Shown: positions 57,421-64,000 of the stretch, one piece after another | How the letters are laid out: each line of letters starts with the position of its first letter | Position numbering within the stretch: the stretch's first letter is position 1 | DNA from: a bacterium | Lineage (GTDB): Bacteria; Patescibacteriota; Microgenomatia; Daviesbacterales; UBA10151 | Reading direction: 5' to 3' | NCBI GenBank assembly: GCA_021786315.1 | Contig: JAJYNN010000002.1 | Location: forward strand, 270,997-334,996 | Length of the DNA stretch: 64,000 nt | The notes under the pieces: generated by a model | Told to the model about the DNA's origin: nothing | The model's database searches: none | What the model saw: only the letters and a program-made list of their open reading frames with translations | Made by a program: the position numbers and the translations under genes

Positions 57421-58677
57421 TCATTTACCAAGGGTGAATTTGTCTTCAATCATCTGCCAGAGGTTGGGGTATTGTTTGTCGTAACCTAAAGTCCAAATGG
57501 CAACCCCAGCTAAATCCAAGTTCTTTGCGTAATCATATTTAATACCGATGGATTTATCATCTTCCAGCCAAACCTGGTGGTTAACATCTGTTTCTGGGTC
57601 AGTGTACCAGCACCATGTAGCTTCTGCATCAGGGTCCCATTGGCATTGGTCAGGTTTCAACTGGTCAAAGCTTTGGGCCCGGCCGTAAGAAATAATTGCC
57701 GGGTAGCCATTAGCGTCGTTTCCTTCCAGGGTTTTGCTTTGTAGAGTTTTACCATTTTCCACTGGGTAGTCCCAGCCGTAATAAGGGACACCTAAAACCA
57801 ATTTTTCCTTGGGGACAAATTTTAAGTAATCATCCAAAGAGGTGGTGACGTCAAAAATATACTTCTTGTCGGAAAAACCTTTCATGGGGGCGACTGGTCC
57901 GGCGATATCCGAGGTGCTGGAATAAAAGTCATAGGACATAATAATGACCCGGTCAAAAAGTGGTGCCAGTTTGGCGATATCAAAAAGGCGGGGCTTGCGG
58001 ACGGAAAGGGGATACATATCAATACTCATCTCAGTTTTTGGCGACTCCCTCTTAAATTTGGCGGTTAGGTTTTGGTTAAATTCCACAAATTTTTGCCTTA
58101 GACTTTCCTCCGGCTCTCCGTCGTATTCAAAATCAATATTGATTCCGTCCAGGTGTTTATTGGAAACTTCTGCCAGAAGGTTGTCAATAAGAGTTGTTTG
58201 GGCGCTGGGGTTGTTTAAAAAAGTCTCCAGGTCTTTATTTTTTTGCATAGCCACTGTCACGGAAACTTTGCCGCCGCGGATTTGGGTTTGGGTAATCAGG
58301 TCTTTGACTGTCGGGCTGTTCCACCATCTCCAGCCGGGGTCGGTCTCGTTCTTGACGATTTTGATAAAATTTCCATCGGCGCCTGCCGTCAAGCTAAAAT
58401 AAATGACCTCGGAAACCAAATCGTACCGCAGGTATTTGGTGTCATCCATCCGCCAGTAAGGTAAAAAACCGATCACCTCCTTGGTCATTTGGGCATGAGG
58501 GTGGTTAAAGCTGGTAATAAGATAAGTGGAGGAATCAAACGGGGAGGCAACAGGGTATTTATAGTGCAGATAAGCCAGTAAACTTACAACTACAAGTACG
58601 AGGGGCAGGAAAATAAAAAGCAGAGGTTTTTTAAACCTGGCCAATAAGGTTTTTTTGGGAGAAATTTCTTCGTCCAT
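57421..58677 (-). CDS. membrane-anchored glycoside hydrolase family 18 (chitinase-like) protein
   Basis: N-terminal TM. Catalytic motif LDGINIDFEY (DxxDxDxE). Confidence 0.75.
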   Translation of the reverse strand: MDEEISPKKTLLARFKKPLLFIFLPLVLVVVSLLAYLHYKYPVASPFDSSTYLITSFNHPHAQMTKEVIGFLPYWRMDDTKYLRYDLVSEVIYFSLTAGADGNFIKIVKNETDPGWRWWNSPTVKDLITQTQIRGGKVSVTVAMQKNKDLETFLNNPSAQTTLIDNLLAEVSNKHLDGINIDFEYDGEPEESLRQKFVEFNQNLTAKFKRESPKTEMSIDMYPLSVRKPRLFDIAKLAPLFDRVIIMSYDFYSSTSDIAGPVAPMKGFSDKKYIFDVTTSLDDYLKFVPKEKLVLGVPYYGWDYPVENGKTLQSKTLEGNDANGYPAIISYGRAQSFDQLKPDQCQWDPDAEATWCWYTDPETDVNHQVWLEDDKSIGIKYDYAKNLDLAGVAIWTLGYDKQYPNLWQMIEDKFTLGK

Positions 58678-58748
58678 TCTCTAATGATACACCATTTAAC
58701 ACGCTGATCTTGCCTGGCTCGTGCCTGGTGTGACATAATTGATAGCAG

Positions 58749-59741
58749 ATGTCAGACGGTATTTCCGCAGTTTTATATCTCCACCCTAAGTCTTGGCAGT
58801 TTTTACGGGCGGATAAAATTGATATCTTTCCGGCAAAAGTATCCAATTTAGGGCGTTTATTAAAAAAAGAAAATATTAAAGATAAAAAGATAGCAATCCT
58901 TTTGGATGATTCCTTAATCCATAAAAAAGAGATCTCTTTAGAAGACCCGGAAAAAGCCCAAAATGATTATGAGGATTTTTTAAAAGGGCTCCTGATTGAT
59001 GAAGGCAACTTAGCCAGTGTCAAAGTTTATGAAGGTAATACTTTAAGTGCTTTGGTGGTTGATAAGTCTTTCTATCAAGGGGTTCAGTCCTTAATTAAAG
59101 AGAAGGGCGCGAAAGTTGAGGCTGTTTTACCCGGGTCGTTTTTAGAAATTAAGGAACTCAGTAAGGGAAGCTTAGAGCTGATTATTCAGAATAAGGCTTC
59201 TTTTCATAAGTTTAACTTTATTAAGGAAACAAAAAGCCATCTTTTAACCCCCCCAAAAAATATTTCGGGAAAGAAGACCAAGCCTGACAGGAAAAATTCC
59301 TTGTTTTGGGCGGTTTTAGGATTAATCCTGCTTGTTGGGGGAGGCATGTATGTGAATAAAGACAAGCTTTTTAATTTAAAACAAAATATCCCCCTAAAAA
59401 AACAAGTTGCGCAAGTCCCATCCCAAAATGAATCCAGCCCTTCAGCTGGTACTCAGTTGTCGCTCCGGGAAGGAGTTAAAATCCAGATATTAAACGCTTC
59501 CGGAATAAAGGGATTGGCGGGTAAGGTTCAGGATAAGCTGGAGGCGGTGGGGTATACCAATATCGTGGTGGATAGCTTAAGCCAAGTTCAAAGGGGCAAC
59601 TCGGTTGTTGTTTTTGGCCCGAATATCCAGGCAGATTTAGCTTCAGAAATTAAAGATGCGGTAAAAAAGATTGATAAAAATGTGGAAGAAGTGGCAACCA
59701 AAAGCGCGGAATTTGATGCGGTGGTGACGATCAAAAGATAG
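58749..59741 (+). CDS. membrane protein with a C-terminal LytR_C domain
   Basis: TM LFWAVLGLILLVGGGMYV. C-terminus IQILNASGIKGLAGKVQDKLEAVGY...VVVFG (LytR_C). Confidence 0.6.
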   Translation: MSDGISAVLYLHPKSWQFLRADKIDIFPAKVSNLGRLLKKENIKDKKIAILLDDSLIHKKEISLEDPEKAQNDYEDFLKGLLIDEGNLASVKVYEGNTLSALVVDKSFYQGVQSLIKEKGAKVEAVLPGSFLEIKELSKGSLELIIQNKASFHKFNFIKETKSHLLTPPKNISGKKTKPDRKNSLFWAVLGLILLVGGGMYVNKDKLFNLKQNIPLKKQVAQVPSQNESSPSAGTQLSLREGVKIQILNASGIKGLAGKVQDKLEAVGYTNIVVDSLSQVQRGNSVVVFGPNIQADLASEIKDAVKKIDKNVEEVATKSAEFDAVVTIKR

Positions 59742-59948
59742 GGCTACTGAAAATAGATTTTTGGTTAGGGTATACAGGAGAAAAGCTTCAAAGGGATAAA
59801 ATTAATATTTTCAAGCTTTAAAGCCTGAGATATCAAAGACAAACCTTCTTCGCCTACTTCCTTAAAATTTTCGTTTTGGATCCCGGTTTAACAGGGAAGC
59901 TTGCCCGGTTGCCCGGTTGGGCTTCCCTGCTTGTGGGATGTGGAGGGG

Positions 59949-60371
59949 CTAGGATTGGATGTCTGATCGAGTTATTTCTCTCGACATGCGGGCGACCAAG
60001 ATGGCTTGGCAAATCAGAAGAAATGCCGGCGCAATAATGATCGCTTGACCGATAATGGTTTGACCGAGAGTTACATAAATCAGCCCCACATCAACGCTTG
60101 AAATCACGATGATTGGGATCATCATCAGGGCCGCCGATTTGGGGCGGATGATGAAAGTGCTAAGGACGAGCAGGGCGGCAACCCCGATCATTGTCCTCTG
60201 TGAGAACAATGCGGTCGATGTTCCGTCGATTACTGAGTAACCGATGTACGCCATGATTAAAATGGAGACCACTGTACTAAGCCAGGTTTTTGATCCCTGG
60301 ACTGCGGCCGCGGTGTTAGCCATTGATTGGTTTGATTGCCGACGGTTGCTGATAGCCTGGTCGCTCAACAT
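59949..60371 (-). CDS. cassette gene A: small 4-TM membrane protein
   Basis: 140 aa. SD aggagga and ATG. Preceded by the conserved leader and consensus promoter. Moderately elevated GC. Confidence 0.55.
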   Translation of the reverse strand: MLSDQAISNRRQSNQSMANTAAAVQGSKTWLSTVVSILIMAYIGYSVIDGTSTALFSQRTMIGVAALLVLSTFIIRPKSAALMMIPIIVISSVDVGLIYVTLGQTIIGQAIIIAPAFLLICQAILVARMSREITRSDIQS

Positions 60372-60573
60372 TTAGTTTCCTCCTAAGCCATTTATACGTC
60401 ACGGGCGTTAAAAAATTTCACCCGTAACGGATCCAAAGTTATATATTTTTAAGGTCCGCTCAGCTTCAAGAAGCGAGTGGCCTGTATACCCTGTTAAAGT
60501 TCTCTGTCCCGTCGTGTTTGCCAAAAGCAAAAAATCTACCGCATAACGATAGATCCACAGGAAAGATAGGGTA

Positions 60574-60602
60574 ATTATAATACTATGGGTCTTAAAAATC
60601 AA
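60574..60602 (-). promoter_or_regulatory. consensus sigma70 promoter of cassette A (TTGATT-17-TATAAT on the minus strand)
   Basis: Minus strand reads ttgatttttaagacccatagtattataat. Duplicated at 61761-61789. Confidence 0.6.
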
Positions 60603-60813
60603 GTTTTGGGGGTACAAATTGGGTCAGGGTATACAGACGGGGACTTTGCAAAGGATGCAGTTAATATTTTTCAAGCAAAAGCTTGAGATATCAAAAGCAA
60701 ATTTTGCTTTTTCCTTTGTCTTGGACTATTCCTTGGGATCCCCTCTGGTAGGGAAGCTTGGTCCTGGATTAAATCCAGGATTACGCTTCCCAACCTGGAA
60801 GGGATATTGTGGA

Positions 60814-61596
60814 TCAGCGATCTATCCGATACGCTTCGAAGACCCCAGATTGAGGCGGAAAGAAGTGCTTTTCGCCGGATTTGAAGGTCAGGCCGGTGGC
60901 TTTGTCCCGAAGTGCCCAACCGGGCTTCACGGTGGCGAAGAGTTGGGCTCCCTGAGGGAACTGGATCGAGTGGGTCTCGGGCTTGAACGAGTAGGAAACG
61001 ATGTTTCCGTCGTAGGAAAGCTCTGCCTGCTCGACCGTGCCATTGAACATGGAAGCGACCGATGTGATAGGGTCTTGAGTGCTCCACCAAGAACTGACCA
61101 ACATCCCAAGGGCGATGATAGCGACTACGAGTGCAGCCGTTGCTGCGGCAGCTAGCCACGGTTGGTTTGCTACTTGGTTGGTGGTCCGGGCCTGAGGCCT
61201 GTTGCTCATCTGCCGTGCTATGGCTTGGGTTTGCACCCGAAGCATTTGCGATTCAGCCATGATTAGACCAGTCTCTGCCCTTCTCCTGTCTGCTTCGGCC
61301 TCGATCAACCGGGTTTCAGCCTTTACCTGTGCGGCTTGGGCATCGACCAGCCTGATATTGGCGCTCCGCAGCCTGGTGAGCATACGGGTGCAGTAGATTT
61401 GGGCTCTCCTGAGGGAATCCTCTTCTTCCTGCGGGGAAACGATAGTCTGCTCCCGGGAGGCGCCGGGTTCGGTTGTTGCCGCTACCGGAATCTCCTGGGT
61501 GGCGTTGGGGTCGGTGTTGGTTTCCGTGCCGTCCGTTGCCGGTTCGGTTTCGGATTCCTCCAAGACTCCAGTGCCGTTGTCTCCTGCCATTGTCAC
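60814..61596 (-). CDS. cassette gene B: bitopic membrane protein with an acidic/coiled-coil N-terminus and an extracytoplasmic C-terminal domain
   Basis: 260 aa. SD ggagga and ATG. TM WLAAAATAALVVAIIALGMLV. GC about 58%. Same leader and promoter as cassette A. Confidence 0.55.
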   Translation of the reverse strand: MTMAGDNGTGVLEESETEPATDGTETNTDPNATQEIPVAATTEPGASREQTIVSPQEEEDSLRRAQIYCTRMLTRLRSANIRLVDAQAAQVKAETRLIEAEADRRRAETGLIMAESQMLRVQTQAIARQMSNRPQARTTNQVANQPWLAAAATAALVVAIIALGMLVSSWWSTQDPITSVASMFNGTVEQAELSYDGNIVSYSFKPETHSIQFPQGAQLFATVKPGWALRDKATGLTFKSGEKHFFPPQSGVFEAYRIDR

Positions 61597-61760
61597 TCAT
61601 CCTCCGTAATTAATCCATCTGAACGATACGGGCGTTAAAAATTTCACCCGTAACGGTTCCAAAGTAAATATATATCCAAGACTTACCTACCTTTTAAGGG
61701 GTAGAGTAGTCTGTATACCCTGTTAAAGTGCGTTCTTCCTTAAAGGGAAAAACTTTGCGT

Positions 61761-61789
61761 ATTATAATACTATGGGATCCTAAAGTCAA
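61761..61789 (-). promoter_or_regulatory. consensus sigma70 promoter of cassette B (TTGACT-17-TATAAT on the minus strand)
   Basis: Minus strand reads ttgactttaggatcccatagtattataat. Confidence 0.6.
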
Positions 61790-61866
61790 AAAATTTAGAC
61801 CTATAATTAAGAATCTACAAGAACTACAGGCTTGTTTAGGTGTGAATAAGAGAAAGCCCTATAGGA

Positions 61867-61895
61867 TTGAATTGCACTTGACAGCTTGGTATAAT
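61867..61895 (+). promoter_or_regulatory. sigma70 promoter TTGAAT-17-TATAAT driving the 62.1-63.0 kb small-gene operon
   Basis: ttgaattgcacttgacagcttggtataat, followed by a ~190-nt leader carrying gagcc/ggctc hairpins. Confidence 0.55.
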
Positions 61896-62094
61896 AGATA
61901 GTAACAAAGCGGGTAACCCCAGACATAGGCTGTTTGGTGTGTTGTCCTATTTGCAATTATTTTAACTTTGCACTTTGACAGTTTGTTGGAAAGTATCTAG
62001 GAGCCTGGGCTCTTTTTGGTTATAAACATATCTTGTAGCCGGAAAGAGCCTAAGGCTCATATTTTTTTGGCTAAGAGCCAGAAAGGACGACAGG

Positions 62095-62424
62095 TTGAAA
62101 CTGGGGATGTTGACGGGAAGAGTGAAAGCGTTTAGCAGACAGATGGGACGAGGCCATGCGGTTACCCCAGGGGGGAAGAGAATCATCTTCTATGATGATG
62201 GTCGCAAGGTCTACACCAAAGCAAACGCTGGTCTGAACAACGGTAACGGGATCGAGGTCCATGGTCGTGGCAGATTTGTTGACGATCGTGACCCGCGCAA
62301 GGGCGACACGCTCCTCTTTGAGAGGGTGAAAAGAACCCGCAGTGGTTACAAAGGGCGTTCCTGGATTATCAAGGTAAGGACAGGAAACACCGTAACATGC
62401 TCAATTGCTGATGCAATAGCCTAA
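62095..62424 (+). CDS. hypothetical small basic protein (island gene 1)
   Basis: 109-aa ORF, high GC. The true start is possibly ATG 62107. Confidence 0.45.
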   Translation: MKLGMLTGRVKAFSRQMGRGHAVTPGGKRIIFYDDGRKVYTKANAGLNNGNGIEVHGRGRFVDDRDPRKGDTLLFERVKRTRSGYKGRSWIIKVRTGNTVTCSIADAIA

Positions 62425-62440
62425 ATAAGGAGGCATCAGG

Positions 62441-62674
62441 ATGCGGACAGTTGGTTGCACTCCTCTGGGTCACAAGGTGACGGTGGAATGGACCAAGCGA
62501 GATGGTCGTTGGGGAAATCATGTCTTTGTCTACAACAAGGGCAGGGTTCCTCAAAGAATCCGTCATGCTTCGAACGAAGCGCCAGGGATGGTTGCTCAAG
62601 AGCTGGTAAACGGCAAGAGGGCCTATCCCGAGATTGACGAAACTAATCAAGAAAGATTGGGAGGAAGAGGATGA
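62441..62674 (+). CDS. hypothetical small protein (island gene 2)
   Basis: 77 aa, with an SD aggaggcatcagg before the ATG. Confidence 0.45.
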   Translation: MRTVGCTPLGHKVTVEWTKRDGRWGNHVFVYNKGRVPQRIRHASNEAPGMVAQELVNGKRAYPEIDETNQERLGGRG

Positions 62675-62976
62675 ATGCAAGTCTGGTTTTAGCAGGTAAG
62701 GTTTCCCATTCCAACGGTGGCTCGAAAGTTCTCGCCGGTGCGACTCAATGTGCCGAGGACACGCTCAAGGTGCTTCATAAGATGTGTTGCGACCGGGGGC
62801 CGGTTTTTCCAGGACGAGTTCCTGATTGTCTCCCTGTCGCCAAGAAGTTAGGCATCAAGCAGGAGAATGTGATTATTGCAGGTCTTTATGAGCTGCATGA
62901 TCGCGGCTTAGTCCGGTATCTGGGAGGCGATCGGTTTGTCCCCTTTGGAGAGAAAATCCTTTCTTACGATATCTAA
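62671..62976 (+). CDS. hypothetical small protein (island gene 3), possible winged-helix C-terminus
   Basis: 101 aa. Overlaps the upstream stop (translational coupling). Confidence 0.45.
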   Translation: MNASLVLAGKVSHSNGGSKVLAGATQCAEDTLKVLHKMCCDRGPVFPGRVPDCLPVAKKLGIKQENVIIAGLYELHDRGLVRYLGGDRFVPFGEKILSYDI

Positions 62977-63076
62977 TACTTTCCCAACAACTGAATAGCG
63001 CAAAGACTCAGGCGCCGACCGGCAGGTGAGTTGGAATAGCCAACTCTTAACTTGCCCTAAGGCGCCTCTTTGCTAT

Positions 63077-63298
63077 CTAGACATCTATTTCAAAAATTTT
63101 GTGTTTGGATTTTGCTCCGGATATAAGCCTGACGTTTGATTTACCGGTTTTAAAATATTCCGCTAGGGAAGTAAGTGTGGCCTGGTTGGCCTTACCTTCT
63201 AAAGGAGGCTGGTTGACATAAACATGCAACTCCCCAAAAAGATCCTTCTCAATCCTTTCCTTTTTGGCATTTGGGTGCACAATCACCGAAACCTTCAC
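63077..63298 (-). CDS. DUF167/YggU-family protein
   Basis: 73 aa. MKVSVIVHPNAKKERIE...LHVYVNQPPLEGKAN. Confidence 0.7.
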   Translation of the reverse strand: MKVSVIVHPNAKKERIEKDLFGELHVYVNQPPLEGKANQATLTSLAEYFKTGKSNVRLISGAKSKHKIFEIDV

Positions 63299-63370
63299 AA
63301 CTTATTTTACCTCATAACGACCGCAAACAGACCTTTGACTTTGATATAGCCCAGGATATAATAGGTCAAA

Positions 63371-64000
63371 TGATCAGGTTGGAAACAGAATTAAACGATC
63401 GCTGGAATGGTCTTTGGCAAAGGCTGGGTGCGACTGGCAATCCTGATATTCCGTTTGGGGAGATAATGACTCGCTACAGTGAACCCGGACGCCATTACCA
63501 CACCTCGCTTCATATTAAAAACTGTTTAGATCAATTGGAATTAGTGAGAGAATTGGTTACTGATACTAATGCTTTGGAATTTGCAATCTGGACTCATGAT
63601 GTTATTTACGATCCTAAAGCACCTGATAATGAAGAAAAATCGGCTGAATTCGCCAGAGATATACTAGCCCGGGCACAGGTCGTTCCCGCAATGGCGGATA
63701 AAGTTGATCACTTAGTCCAGATTACAAAAACTCATATACCTGGTGACGGTATCGATGAGCAAGTGATGGCTGATATTGATATTTTAATCTTAGGCAGCCA
63801 CCCAATAGTTTATGAGGAATACATGGATGGAATCAGGAAAGAATATACCTCGGTGCCTTTCCACCTGTTCAGAAGGGGAAGACAGAAAGTATTGCAAAGT
63901 TTACTCGGAAGGCTAGAGGCTGGCGAACTATTTCATGTGCCTACATATAGATATAAGTACGAGGAAAGCTCCCGTTATAACCTGTTAGGTGAAGTGAAAG
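63371..64000 (+). CDS. HD-superfamily phosphohydrolase-like protein (COG4339-like), 3'-truncated by the window edge
   Basis: Hand-translated: MIRLETEL...RHYHTSLHIKNCLD...WTHDVIYDP. The ORF runs off the window end. Confidence 0.6.

Noticed and set aside
60619-61638. Multiple overlapping ORFs on both strands (60619-61155 +, 60671-61159 -, 60927-61109 -, 61202-61396 +, 61316-61600 -, 61336-61638 +).
   Set aside because: The region is ~58% GC, which suppresses stop codons in all frames. Only the 60814-61596 minus-strand ORF has an SD, a consensus promoter, the conserved leader and a TM-containing, non-repetitive product.
61878-61895. TTGACA at 61878-61883 as an alternative -35.
   Set aside because: Its spacing to TATAAT is only 6 nt. 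The TTGAAT at 61867 gives the proper 17-nt spacer.

Overview
This ~64 kb window is from a low-GC (~40-45%) bacterial genome, densely coding and mostly on the + strand. The gene set suggests a reduced-genome, Patescibacteria/CPR-like lineage (inference): ribosomal protein S21, archaeal-type ProRS, a trigger factor without a PPIase domain, and many small hypothetical proteins. Housekeeping genes I recognise by motif: dprA, a membrane-anchored double-AAA+ Clp/Hsp100-like ATPase, topA, pyrG, rpsB-tsf-frr (no pyrH), rseP, proS behind a T-box leader, tig, rpsU, yqeY, ybeY, dnaX, ybaB, recR, two M16 peptidases, cysS, gdhA, dus, purA, dsbB/dsbA and a BlaI-like regulator with a MacAB-type exporter. Accessory content I find more interesting: (1) an insertion between pyrG and rpsB (8.7-12.6 kb) encoding three dCTP-deaminase/dUTPase-fold paralogs around a 623-aa thymidylate-synthase-superfamily protein, a candidate deoxypyrimidine-modification module. 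(2) An FMN_bind (DxxSGAT flavinylation motif) + ApbE + membrane FAD/NAD(P) oxidoreductase module (44.6-47.3 kb). (3) A cell-envelope polysaccharide-modification cluster (34-39 kb). (4) A TraD/VirD4-like ATPase. (5) A higher-GC island (59.75-63.07 kb) with two tandem moron-like cassettes. In these, two unrelated membrane-protein genes each carry the same consensus promoter, a conserved ~160-195-nt structured leader and a shared 3' palindromic element, and each is bounded by 12-bp inverted repeats (cagggtatacag / ctgtataccctg). A strongly promoted operon of three small basic proteins follows. I saw no CRISPR array, rRNA or convincing tRNA.
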